A stretch of 64,000 nt of DNA from Eledone cirrhosa (GCA_964016885.1 OZ024759.1:19282001-19346000), one strand, 5' to 3'. Numbered from the stretch's first letter, positions 26,090 through 38,738 are shown. Numbers and translations are program-made. Notes: generated by a model not told the origin, from the letters alone.

Positions 26090-28632
26090 AGAATGTCTTT
26101 GAGTGCAGTAATGCGCCATCTTCAACACACAGTAATCAGAAGAAGGGAGGTGGGCGTAAAAGCCAAACTCATTGTCTTCAAGTCGGTAATCGTGACAACC
26201 CTTATCTACAGTTATGAATCTTGGGTAATGACCGAAAGAATATGATCGCGAATTCAAGCGGCCGGAATGGGATTCCTCTGAAGGGTCTTTGGAGTAATGT
26301 GAGTCGATAGAGTAAATAAACCTCGTTTGAAAATATACCTCATTTGAGAAAATAAACCTCGGGAGAAAATAAACCTCATTTGTTCATTCCATGAGAGTAA
26401 CTTGGTCATAAGCTGACTATGAAAGAGTGATGCTAGAGCTGTGAACTCTTGCATTCAGTAATCAACTCTTCTTATTAATGGCTGCATTGTTTCTTTCCAA
26501 AGACTATGTTGAAAAATTAACCTCATTTGTTCATTCCATGAGAGTATCTTGGCCATAGGCTGACTATGATGGATTGATGCTAGAGCTGTGAAATCTTGTA
26601 TGCAGTAATTTCAACTGTTCTTATTAACAACTGCATTGTTTCTTTCCAAGAACTATGTTGAAAAATAAACCTCATTTGTTCATTCCATGAGAGTATCTTG
26701 GTCAGCCTATGAACTTTTAAGTCGACCCTCGTAATTATTTTGCTATTTTTTATTTTCTTTATATCAATATTTGTGATTGTGTTTTGCGTGACACTAAATA
26801 TTCAAATTAATTTTGTGTGAATTTTTAGTTTACATTCACCTTTACTATGTATTGTACAATGATTACAAATGGCAATATCAATTTCTATTTAAGTTCCAAT
26901 CGCTATTCGTCAGATTTTGTTTTTCTTTGTTCGCCTTTAATTATAGCTGTAAACAAGCTTGATGTATATCACGTAACCTATCCCTATGACAAATCATGCT
27001 CCAATGTGTGGTATTTAATAAAATTTAAACTACAATAACAACAGATTAATAGCAACTGTGAAAGTTCATACGCTCTTTTTTTTTTTTTCCTTTGTTTCGC
27101 TAGATATTAAATTCTTTATTATTTTTATGTAATTGGAAAATGAAAGAAGTTTTTTTTTCTGCTTATTGGAATAACGTTACTCGATAGAGTGCGTGGCTCG
27201 GAGATTAGAGAGTCACGCCAGGTAGAGCCGCTACTTCCCCGAATTGAGAGATCACAGCTCCGATACTATGGACATGTGGCTAGAATGTCTCAGGAAAGTA
27301 TCGCTAGAGTCATTCCATGTAGAGCTACTATTTCTCCGAATTGAGAGAGCACAGCTCCGATACTATGGACATGTGGCTAGAATGTCTCAGGAAAGTATCG
27401 CTAGAGTCACTCCATGTAGAGCTACTATTTCTCCGAATTGAGAGATCACAGCTCCGATACTATGGACATGTGGCTAGAATGTCTCAGGAAAGTATCGCTA
27501 GAGTCATTCCATGTAGAGCTACTATTTCTCCGAATTGAGAGAGCACAGCTCCGATACTATGGACATGTGGCTAGAATGTCTCAGGAAAGTATCGCTAGAG
27601 TCATTCCATGTAGAGCTACTATTTCTCCGAATTAAGAGAGCACAGCTCCGATACTATGGACATGTGGCTAGAATGTCTCAGGAAAGTATCGCTAGAGTCA
27701 TTCCATGTAGAGCTACTATTTCTCCGAATTGAGAGAGCACAGCTCCGATACTATGGACATGTGGCTAGAATGTCTCAGGAAAGTATCGCTAGAGTCATTC
27801 CATGTAGAGCTACTATTTCTCCGAATTGAGAGAGCACAGCTCCGATACTATGGACATGTGGCTAGAATGTCTCAGGAAAGTATCGCTAGAGTCACTCCAT
27901 GTAGAGCTACTATTTCTCCGAATTGAGAGAGCACAGCTCCGATACTATGGACATGTGGCTAGAATGTCTCAGGAAAGTATCGCTAGAGTCATTCCATGTA
28001 GAGCTACTATTTCTCCGAATTGAGAGATTAGAGCTCCGATACTATGGACATGTGGTTAGAATGTATCAGGAAAGTATCGCTACAGTCACTCCATGTAGAG
28101 CTACTATTTCTCCGAATTGAGAGATCACAGCTCCGATACTATGGACATGTGGCTAGAATGTCTCAGGAAAGTATCGCTAGAGTCATTCCATGTAGAGCTA
28201 CTATTTCTCCGAATTGAGAGAGCACAGCTCCGATACTATGGACATGTGGCTAGAATGTCTCAGGAAAGTATCGCTAGAGTCACTCCATGTAGAGCTGCTA
28301 TTTCTCTGAATTGAGAGATCACAGCTCCGATACTATGGACATGTGGCTATAATGTCTCAGGAAAGTATCGCTAGAGTCACTCCAAGTAGAGCTGCTATTT
28401 CTCCGAATTGATAGATTAGAGCTCCGATACTATGGGCATGTGGTTAGAATCGTTGGAGTCACTCCAGGTAGAGCCGCTACTTCTCTTAATTGAGACTTTG
28501 CAGCTCCGATACTATGGTCATGTGGTTAGAATGTCTCAGTAAAGAATCGCTGGACAGATTTTACTGGCAAAACCAACAGGTAGGAGACCCATAAGGAGAC
28601 CCCGAGAAAGATGGTTGGATAACATCCATGGC
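26090..28632 (+). mobile_element. RTE-like LINE 3' fragment, interrupted (26315-27165) and internally amplified
   Basis: KAKLIVFKSVIVTTLIYSYESWVMT...IQAAGMGFL, then IERSQLRYYGHVARM...KPTGRRP...RWLDNIH; related copies at 44200-44520(-) and 60570-60790(-). Confidence 0.8.
27210..28545 (+). repeat. 97-bp tandem repeat, ~13 copies, derived from RTE coding sequence
   Basis: ORF starts recur every 97 nt; the unit encodes LLRIERSQLRYYGHVARMSQE. Confidence 0.95.
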
Positions 28633-28789
28633 CTTCTCAAACGATCGTAAAACAATAGCTTAATCACCTACTAAACCTTGTCTTATTTGTTTCATTGTCA
28701 AACATTTATATATATATATAATTAGGATTTAGCTTCCAGCATAGCTGTATACAGATATGTATAGGAATTTTGTATTTCTAAAGAAATAC

Positions 28790-29152
28790 CGTATGTTTAT
28801 AAATAAACATTTAGAAAACCGTAGCTCTGCAAAAGCACCGGAGGCTGTCGCCACCTGGCGGTGTCCAGCAGAAGCAAGAAGTACAATCGTCGATGCATTT
28901 CGGACTGAACTGGTTCTCATCAGGACGACCCCTCCTGCTCTTGCAACTGCTGTACTTGAAAGCAGACGAGAATATATAGTATTCTCGTCTGTGTAAATGA
29001 GGTGATTAATCTCATTTGCTGATGAAAAGAAGTTCCGTTCAAAATGCATCGACGATTGTCCCCCTTCTTCTGCTGGAAACCGCCAGGTGGCGACAGCCTC
29101 CGGTGTTTTTGCATAGCTACGGATTTCTAAATGTTTATTTATAAACATACCG
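28790..29152. repeat. ~130-bp-arm inverted repeat element carrying divergent hammerhead motifs
   Basis: Arms 28790-28923 and 29019-29152 are imperfect reverse complements. Confidence 0.9.
28885..28930 (-). ncRNA. Minimal type-I hammerhead ribozyme
   Basis: GGTCGTC-CTGATGA-GAAC-CAGTTCA-GTCC-GAAA-TGCA-TC^-GACGATT; 7-bp stem I, palindromic ATGCAT stem III, AUC site. Confidence 0.82.
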
Positions 29153-29715
29153 TATTCATTTATATATATAATTGACAACCAAAGGGGTTTCATTAATGTC
29201 TACAGGTGTATTCTTTCAAAAGTTTTTAACACATTCAGTTTTTTTACATTTGGTAAGAAACGGGTCTCATATCCAAATTATTCATCTCCCATATATATAT
29301 ATATATGAGAGATGAATAATTTGACATTAGAGATAGAACAGATACTCTATACCATTTCCTGTCAGCATAACTTGGCAAGCTATTTAGAACACTGGTTTAA
29401 CCGCTTTACTTCCCTCCGAAGAAGAGATATTATCTCGAAAATTAAGGTCATTTAAATAAATCTAAGGTAAAAGACAATATCTTTTGCATTTGCATTCTTT
29501 ATTCTATGTCCATACCTGCATTGTTTTGACGTTATTATACATATACAAACGTTTATACCTCATTACACAATGCTTCAAGTGAACTATAACCTCCTCCATA
29601 TATATATATATATAATTGTTTTTACGTTGGGCACAAGGCCAGCAATCCCAGTGTATTACTGGTACTTTATTTTATCGACCCCGTAAGGAGGAAAGGCAAA
29701 GTTAACCACGGCGGA

Positions 29716-29784
<69 letters not shown>

Positions 29785-29996
29785 GTGTTTGTTTTATACT
29801 GCAGACGACATCTCTTCTGAAGACGATTAAGTAGTTCTTAATGATAACTTTGCACTAACCATATATGTATATATATGTGTATGTGTGTGACTTGTAGGGT
29901 CTCGATGTAAATCGGAACTGTCAAAAGCGGTACTCAATACGTTAGTAGAGTGTAGGGATATTCATTTTACTATAGAAATCAATATATATATATATA

Positions 29997-30065
<69 letters not shown>

Positions 30066-30070
<5 letters not shown>

Positions 30071-30253
30071 AACGAGTAGGACCCCGACGGCTGAGCTCAA
30101 GCCGTTTCGACGGCTAATTCCAGAATTAGCCGTCGAAACGGCTTGAGCTCAGCCGTCGGGGTCCTACTCGTTCCTATTACCCACTCTACTACCCTAAGTA
30201 TTGAGTACTTTGGTGCGTTATGGTCCACCTGGTTCCTTACCACATTTCCTCCG

Positions 30254-30254
<1 letters not shown>
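30066..30254 (+). mobile_element. Fold-back element in (TA)n with HHR 3' half (family H1)
   Basis: Perfect 55-bp arms (30066-30120/30123-30177); GAAAC-GGC-TTGAGCTCA-GCC-GTC; shared tail. Copies at 34173-34310, 34963-35170, 55188-55360. Confidence 0.75.
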
Positions 30255-30305
<51 letters not shown>

Positions 30306-30337
30306 GCATATATACACGCATATATATATATATATAT

Positions 30338-30526
30338 GTTTATCCCAGGTTCAATCGGGAGTAACCACAGTAAGTAAGGTACTCAATACATAGCAGAGTA
30401 TAAATATTTAATATAGAAATGGCTTCTGCAGGACTATAAGTGTTTCATTCGGGAGAAATCATCAGGGCTTCCTCATGATTTGTTCCGAATGAAACAGTTC
30501 TAGTCCTGTAGAAACCATTTCTATAT

Positions 30527-30530
<4 letters not shown>
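30338..30530 (-). mobile_element. Fold-back element in (TA)n with HHR-like core (family H2)
   Basis: Palindrome 30407-30530; CTGATGA-T-TTC..GAA-T-GAAAC on the minus strand; homologous to 35804-35995. Confidence 0.65.
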
Positions 30531-30565
<35 letters not shown>

Positions 30566-31612
30566 TCACCCCATACCCTCCCACACACGAACATATAATT
30601 GAATCATGTGTACCCTTTTCAGTGCGTGAACTCATATTTACAAATATATTTTATCTGAGTCTTATGAATATCTAAATTCTTATCTATTTAGCAATATGTA
30701 TATGTATCGATAGTTTTACGCACCCACGTACGCACCCCCACCCCCACACGCACACCTCCGCATCACCCACCCACCCACCCACCCCACACACACACATATA
30801 TATATGTATGTATCTTCTGGGTTTCATCATTATGTTTGTCTATTTTCTAATGTTTTTCGTGTTTTTCCGATACTGGTTATTCTGTATATATTCCAGCACC
30901 TTCATCAAGACAACGACCGCCATTAAATTATAAACGCTCTGTTCATTTTTAGTGATGTTAAAGTAGAGCGTGGAGTTCACATCTCGTTTTACATGGTACC
31001 CTCATGAAATTTCCTCCCATATCATCACCTCACCATCACCACGCCTGTATTACATATCTATATCAACATCTCTATAACGAACATAATAATATTTTTAACC
31101 AATGAATAATAAAGGGTGTAACAAGTATTATCAACATGGCAGTTAAGCTGAAGAAACGATTGCAATAATGGCCACCAGTAAGTCGAACAACGGTACGAGC
31201 AATGGTAACAACCCTAGTATAATTGAAAATGATGCTTTTGCCTTGATATTCTGCAACACCGTTTTGAAGTATTGCTTTAATCTTTTACTGTTACTGTTTG
31301 ATATAACGTGTCTATAAACATTTTAAGAGCGTCACTTATGAAAAAGGAAAAAACGTTAGCATTCATCGTATTACCTTTTGTAAATAATCCATTGTCGGCA
31401 AATGTTCAAGGAACATCACAGAGAACGTTGTTCTTTATGTGGGACTTTAATTCATGGGTTATTAATTCATTTACCCCTTTTAGATGTATATTTTATCATT
31501 TACCATTCGTCGAATATTGTTAGTTTGTGTGTAAGAAAATTATATTTTTCGGTAGCAAAGAAAATATATATTGTTATTATGTCGGTGATGTTACTTTACA
31601 CTGTGTGTACGC

Positions 31613-31648
<36 letters not shown>

Positions 31649-31661
31649 TGTCGTGTGTGTG

Positions 31662-31703
<42 letters not shown>

Positions 31704-31977
31704 CGTGGCGTGCCGTGCGCGCGCGTGTGCTCACTGCAAACTCTATTGTCAATCGTAGTTTGGTTTCTTTTAATATTTTACTCTGATATTGTGAGTACAC
31801 AATCGAACATGTATGCATTACCGACTATTAAAATACTTGATTGATTGAGAGAGAGAAAGAAAGAGATAGAGAGTTATTTAATAAATATATTACATAACAT
31901 TGTTTAAGGCTACCAGCAGGATTCATGCTGTGTGCAGAGTATTTTATTAGAGATAATTGTTTCTAATATATCTACAT

Positions 31978-32290
31978 CGGTGAATTGGCAGAGTCGTTAG
32001 AACATCGGATAGTGTGCTTTGCTGCATTCGTTCAGGCCCCCAAATCCGGCTGAAGTCAGCTTTGCCTTTCATCCATTCAAGGCCGATAAAAATAAGAACA
32101 AGTCTAGTACTGGGGTCGTTCTTCCTCTATATCTCTTTCTCACGTCTTTTCTCTCCTTCTCTGTTAGAAATCTGCTGTCCTCGGGCCTGAAGAGAGGATG
32201 GACTCCGCTAGGTTTAAAGAAATACCTTAGAAACGCCGTATGCTAATATAGGGCCCCTACGACTCCTTCAGGAGTTACAGGCCCATGCCA
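31978..32290 (+). mobile_element. Meta-domain SINE with alternative 3' tail
   Basis: tRNA-like head plus GCCTTTCATCC...GATAAAA...GTACTGGGG; related copies at 36270-36605(-) and 60905-61200(-). Confidence 0.7.
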
Positions 32291-32635
32291 AACCATATCT
32301 CCATCTAGACATTATTATCTAGACCGTAATGTTTACAAATGACAAATATATATATATTTATGTTTCTATGTATGTGTGTATGATGTATATTTATGTTTGT
32401 ATGTAAGTGTGTATGTATAGATATTTATGTTCTATGTATGGTGTATGTATGTATATATATTTATGTTTGTATGTATGTGTGTATGTATGTATATATATTT
32501 ATGTTTGTATGTGTGTATGTATACATTTTTATATATATTTGTATATATAATTTTATATTTATTTTATATATATATGTATGTATATATGTATTTATTTATT
32601 ATATATATATATATATATCTATACGATCAATTAAA

Positions 32636-32809
32636 CAAATGGAAACTGTATTTATAAAACCATATTTATTTCATTATACATATTTCAAGGACACCAAGTT
32701 AAATTATGGTGTGCTTTCATCAGATAAAATATAATATAGATCAGTTGTATAAATAAATATTGACATACCTTAAAGAATGCGACCATTACTGTTGGAAGTT
32801 CCCGGATAG
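32636..32809 (-). mobile_element. Solo copy of the PLE 5' leader segment
   Basis: Near-identical to 20286-20460. Confidence 0.9.
32667..32731 (-). ncRNA. Hammerhead ribozyme identical to 20317-20381
   Basis: Same 65-nt sequence as the PLE leader HHR. Confidence 0.8.
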
Positions 32810-33208
32810 ATGTGTATGTGTTTTCTTCAAATAAATACTGTGTACATACATAAGTTTGTATGCATTAGATGCTTCAAATATATATATATATATATATATA
32901 TATTTGAAGCATCTAATGCATACAAACTTATGTATATACACAGTATTTATTTGAAGAAACACACACGTATTTGTGTATTGAACACACACACATCTATATA
33001 TATATATTTGTGTGTATATACATATAAGTGTATATTTATATAGAGAGTTATATATATATATATATTTGAAGCATCTAATGCATACAAACGTATGTATGTA
33101 CACAGTATTTATTTGAAGAAACACACACGTATTTGTGTATTGAACACACACACATCTATACATATATATTTGTGTGTATATACATATAAGTGTATATTTA
33201 TATAGAGA

Positions 33209-33253
<45 letters not shown>

Positions 33254-33303
33254 AAGCATCTATGCATACAAACGTATGTATGTACACAGTATTTATCTTG
33301 AAG

Positions 33304-33376
<73 letters not shown>

Positions 33377-33432
33377 AGAGATGAGAGAGAGAGAGAGAGG
33401 CGGAGAGAGAGAGGGGGGGGAGAGAGAGAGAG

Positions 33433-33470
<38 letters not shown>

Positions 33471-33591
33471 CTGTATCAGAAATGTTTCGAGGTTTATATA
33501 AAACCCTTCACGAAGTAATTTGACATTCTTTCTGAAGGTTATATATCTGATTGCAAATAGATGGAGTGCCAGTAACATTACGATATCAACT

Positions 33592-33791
33592 NNNNNNNNN
33601 NNNNNNNNNNNNNNNNNNNNNNNNNNNNNNNNNNNNNNNNNNNNNNNNNNNNNNNNNNNNNNNNNNNNNNNNNNNNNNNNNNNNNNNNNNNNNNNNNNNN
33701 NNNNNNNNNNNNNNNNNNNNNNNNNNNNNNNNNNNNNNNNNNNNNNNNNNNNNNNNNNNNNNNNNNNNNNNNNNNNNNNNNNNNNNNNNNN
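33592..33791. other. Assembly gap (200 N)
   Basis: Run of N. Confidence 1.
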
Positions 33792-33891
33792 TAATATATA
33801 TATATATATATATTATGTATTATATATTATATATAGTATATATATATATATATATATACATATTATATATATATTATGTATATATATATAT

Positions 33892-33931
<40 letters not shown>

Positions 33932-33946
33932 TATAATATATATATC

Positions 33947-34040
<94 letters not shown>

Positions 34041-34062
34041 TAATATATATATATATATATAT

Positions 34063-34143
<81 letters not shown>

Positions 34144-34172
34144 ATATATATAAATAATATATATATATATAT

Positions 34173-34310
34173 AGTCCAGAAATAGCAGTCGAAACGGCTT
34201 GAGCTCTGCCGTCGGGGTCAAACATTTTCCTATTATCCACTCTACTACCCTAAGTTTTGAGTACTTTGGTGCGTTATGGTCCATCTGGTTTCTTACCACA
34301 CCTCCTTCCT
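34173..34310 (+). mobile_element. Family H1 element, 5'-truncated, no inversion
   Basis: GAAAC-GGC-TTGAGCTCT-GCC-GTC-GGGGTC plus shared tail, flanked by (TA)n. Confidence 0.7.
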
Positions 34311-34898
34311 TATATATATATATATATACACATATATAGATATATATTTATATATATATACACACACACACATTTATATATATATATATATATATACACA
34401 TATATATATAATATGTTGAAAAGGTAACACACTAGAGAGAGATACAGTGCGCTATCAATAAAACAGGCAAAAAACCACCAGTGTATGGAATCTATAACCT
34501 ATGAAAGGCAGAGTATAGACACGATAATTAAAAATATAAATTAAAGCGTAAATAAATACCTCTATAACTATATAACACACGTTCACATGCAAAGAGATCT
34601 GTTTCGCCAGTAAGTTGTTGATAGAAACGGAATAACCCCGGTTCATCAGCGTGTGTAAGGCTATACATTTCAGACAACACTAAGAGAATTTTAAAGTGAC
34701 TGTCCAGCTACACGTGGGAGAGAGAAGTCACAGTGTGTTTAGGGGCAGTGAACCAGTGGCTTCTGAGAGACGAGCTGCTAGAAAGGGCAGCCCAAAACCA
34801 CTCAGAGAAGTGTGCTCAACCAAACAGAAAGAGAAGAAATACTGTTATAAGGAGCGAAATATCACGATAAATTAACGGAGCCATAGACTCTCGCCATC

Positions 34899-34955
<57 letters not shown>

Positions 34956-34962
34956 TATATAT

Positions 34963-35298
<336 letters not shown>

Positions 35299-35344
35299 GA
35301 CAACAACTGGGGGGGGGGGGCTTTCACTGTCAAGTAAAAAAATT

Positions 35345-35550
35345 ATATATATATTTGGAAGGCCGTTGACTCTGCTGGGTTCTTCCGCCCTTTGCCGGGT
35401 CATGTATTTCATCCCGCAGGGTATCCAAATATCACCCCCCTCACCAAGAAAGGTTGGTGGGGTTGCCGGTTTAGTCGCCGACGACCCGACCATGAGACAG
35501 GTTGTACTGGGTTACATGTTACCAGTAGCACTCGAGAGCGACCTGACTTG
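35345..35550 (+). repeat. Dispersed repeat (possible LINE 5' UTR)
   Basis: Homologous to 38895-39222 on the minus strand, where a ~121-bp part is duplicated. Confidence 0.7.
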
Positions 35551-35727
35551 TATATATATATACACTGTTGATCAATATGCGCATATGTTTTATGTGTCTC
35601 TTGGGTTGAAAAGGAGGTCAAGTATGTTATAGATCAGTAAATAGTTGCTCCGAAGAATCCAAACCTCGGTTTGGAGGAAACAATTGTAAGCAAATAAATG
35701 ACTTAAACTGAACTTTGATTATTGTAA

Positions 35728-35803
<76 letters not shown>

Positions 35804-35812
<9 letters not shown>

Positions 35813-35995
35813 TGAGATTCTACAGGACTAGAACTGTTTCATTCTTTAGAAATCATCAGGTTCCTGATGATTTCTAAAGAATGAAACGGTTCTAGTCCTG
35901 TAGAATCTCATCTATATTAAAACTTTTTACTCTGCTATGTATTGAGTACCTTACTTACTGTGGTTACCTCCGATTCAACCCGGAATAACTTACCT
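35804..35995 (+). mobile_element. Family H2 fold-back element with HHR-like core
   Basis: Near-perfect palindrome 35804-35919 centred just 5' of CTGATGA (35864-35870); GAAAC at 35883. Confidence 0.7.
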
Positions 35996-36106
35996 ATATA
36001 TATATATATATATATATATGTAAAAAATAAACAGAAATAACAACACAATCGGTACAGTACATGGAAGGAATATATTAGGTTAACGCTTGATATAGCAGAA
36101 AGAGTG

Positions 36107-36142
36107 TCTTAACGTTTCGGACGCTAGTCTTACATCAGAAGA
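36107..36142 (-). ncRNA. Degenerate minimal hammerhead (1-nt insertion in core)
   Basis: TCTT-CTGATG(T)A-AGAC-TAGC-GTCC-GAAACGTT^-AAGA; palindromic AACGTT. Confidence 0.55.
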
Positions 36143-36230
36143 AAAAATGAGAAGTAAGATAGATAGAAGGGACGGGCGGGTTGGAATTGGAAAAAATGTC
36201 TTTAGATAAAAAGGTCCATTCATGTTGACA

Positions 36231-36267
<37 letters not shown>

Positions 36268-36616
36268 TTGTGTATGGTCCCTTAACTCCTAAGGGAATCG
36301 TAGAAACGCCGTGCATCAATACGTCGTTTCTAAACCTGCCATTTTAAAACCTGGTGGAGCCCGTTTCCTCTCCAAGTCTAAATACAGCAGATTTCGTCCA
36401 GAGAAGGATAGAGAGATTGACAGAAAGGAAGTGAGAAAGATATATAGAGGAAGAAACAACCCCAGTACAAGACTGGTACTTTTTTTATCGACCTCAAATG
36501 GATGAAAGACAAAGTTGACCTCGGCGGGATTTGAACTGAGAAAGCCGAAATGAATACCACAAAGTATTCTATCTGACGTTCTAACGACTCTGCCAATTCG
36601 CCGCCTATTATTTTAA

Positions 36617-36770
36617 CATGCTTTCCAGCATAGTTATGTCCCTTTACGATCTGAGTTCAAATCCCGCCGAGGTTGACTTTGCCTTTCATCCTTACGGGGT
36701 CGATAAAATAAAGTACCAGTAATGCACTGGGTAATTGCTGGCCTTGTGCCTAAAGTAGAAACAATTATTT
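36617..36770 (+). mobile_element. SINE family A, 5'-truncated
   Basis: Body and tail match family A. Confidence 0.85.
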
Positions 36771-37418
36771 TAACTATCTATCTATCTAGGGCGGGTAAAA
36801 TTCCCGAGAAAACTCGGAGCTGTTTGGGAGCCTCCCAAAAATACAGCTCAAAGGTGACACAGGGGAGACTGTGGTTAGCTGGACATGCTCACCGACATCC
36901 AGAATTGACATTTTAACTATTAAGAAACTTTATAACACACAGCCCACCACCACCATAATCATCACCACCACCACCATAATCATCACCACCACCACCATCA
37001 TCATCACCACCATCGCCGCTGGGTCAGAAAAGTAATGTACTAGTGAATTAATGAAATCAATTATAGGCCTTGTACCTATGCTAGAAATAATTATTATTGG
37101 GTCGTATGTAATTTGTAGACATTTGTAGGAAAAAAACCAAATTTATACAAATTTCAAACTTGACGATCCAATATTATGCTGGGAATATATATAAAGATTT
37201 CTTTTTTCTATAACTCCATCCCAAAAAGTTAACCACTCCCACTACCACCACCAAATACTTCAACCATCCCCACTACCACCCTCTGGAATTACAGAAAATA
37301 CTTCAACCGCCCCCACTACCACCACTCTCTCAATATCTTCTCAGGCATTCTATATAGAACTGCAACAGAATCATAAATACTGCTCCTACTTCCAGGACAC
37401 TGTTGCTAGTAATAGTAA

Positions 37419-38005
37419 GGTGGTGGATTGGCAGTATCGGTAGAGCGTCGGACAGCATGCTTTGCGACATGTAGTTACGCCTCTTTACGTTCTGACTTCA
37501 AATCTCGCTAAGGTTAGCTAGCTTTGCCTTTATTCCTTAAAATAAAGTACCAGTAACATACTAGGGTCGATTTAATCGGCTTTCCCCTCCCCAAAACTGT
37601 TGACTTTTGTCTATTAGTGGATCGGCAGTGTTGGCAGAGTGTCGGGCGGCATAGAGTTAAGGCCTATTCCGTTCTGCGTTCAAATCCCGCCGAGGTTGAC
37701 TTTGCCTTTCATCCTTACGGGGTCGATAAAATAAGTACCAGTAATGCAGTGGGTAATTGCTGGCCTTGTGCCAAAAGTAGAAACAATTATTATGGCATGA
37801 CAGTATCGCTAGAGGGTCAGACACCATGCTTTGCAGCATAGAGTTATGGCCCTTTACACTCTGAGTTCAAATCCCACCGAGGTTAACTTTGCTTTTCATC
37901 CTTACGGGAGTCGATAAAATAAAGTACGAGTAACACTCTGGGGGCCGATGTAATCTATTTTCCCTCCCCTAGAAATAGCTAGCCTTCTACCTACATCAGA
38001 ATCTA
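37419..38005 (+). mobile_element. Cluster of three Meta-domain SINEs
   Basis: Repeated heads, B-boxes and central domains. Similar cluster at 40489-41060; single copies at 42170-42348, 47245-47413(-), 54952-55070(-). Confidence 0.8.
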
Positions 38006-38149
38006 TTTTTACCGACTACCATATTTCTTTTATTCTGCCACTGACCGACAAACGAAGTTATATTTTGGACCTCCGTCGGTTGCGACGAAGACTGTTTCAG
38101 TTGTTTAATCAATGGAACAGCCTGCTCATGTGATTAACCTGCAAGCGGC

Positions 38150-38738
38150 TGAGCATTCCACAGACACGTGTGCCCTTAACATAAGTCTCAGGGAGATTCA
38201 GCATTACAAAGTTTATGACAAGGCTGGTCCTTTGAATTACAAGTACAGTCCACATTGTGTCGCTGTGTAAATGGATGAGCATTCCACAGACACGTGTGCC
38301 CTTAACATAAGTCTCAGGGAGATTCAGCATTACAAAGTTTATGACAAGGCTGGTCCTTTGAATTACAAGTACAGTCCACATTGTGTCGCTGTGTAAATGG
38401 ATGAGCATTCCACAGACACGTGTGCCCTTAACATAATTCTCAGGGAGATTCAGCATTACAAAGTTTATGACAAGGCTGGTCCTTTGAATTACAAGTACAG
38501 TCCACATTGTGTCGCTGTGTAAATGGATGAGCATTCCACAGACACGTGTACCGTTAACGAAATTATCAGGGAGATTCGGTGTGGTGCAGTGTGTGACAAG
38601 GCTGGTCCATTGAATTACAGGTGCACTCCATATTGTATTATAGTGTAAGTGGCTGAGCATTCCATAAAACGTGCACCGTTACTGTAGTTCTCAGGGAGAT
38701 TCAGTAAAACAAGGCTGGTCATTCGAACCACAGGTAAA
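38150..38738 (+). repeat. 126-bp tandem repeat (~4.5 copies) within a dispersed element
   Basis: GAGCATTCCACAGACACGTG recurs every 126 nt; a related single motif lies near 11075-11110(-). Confidence 0.9.

Noticed and set aside
27244-28314. Repeated 65-aa ORFs suggesting a gene array or CRISPR-like locus
   Set aside because: Head-to-tail 97-bp repeats with no unique spacers, derived from a LINE; eukaryotic context with no cas genes.
29811-29928. CTGAAGA-CGATT...AATCG-GAAC-TGTC as a hammerhead
   Set aside because: GAAA incomplete, long low-complexity loop and weak stem I; at best a relic.
31145-31315. Possible minus-strand terminal exon with hydrophobic tail (…IILGLLPLLVPLFDLLVAIIAIVSSA*)
   Set aside because: No recognisable homology, weak acceptor and no partner exons found.
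38109-38660. 183-aa ORF with 42-aa repeats
   Set aside because: Reflects the 126-bp tandem repeat; no protein signature.
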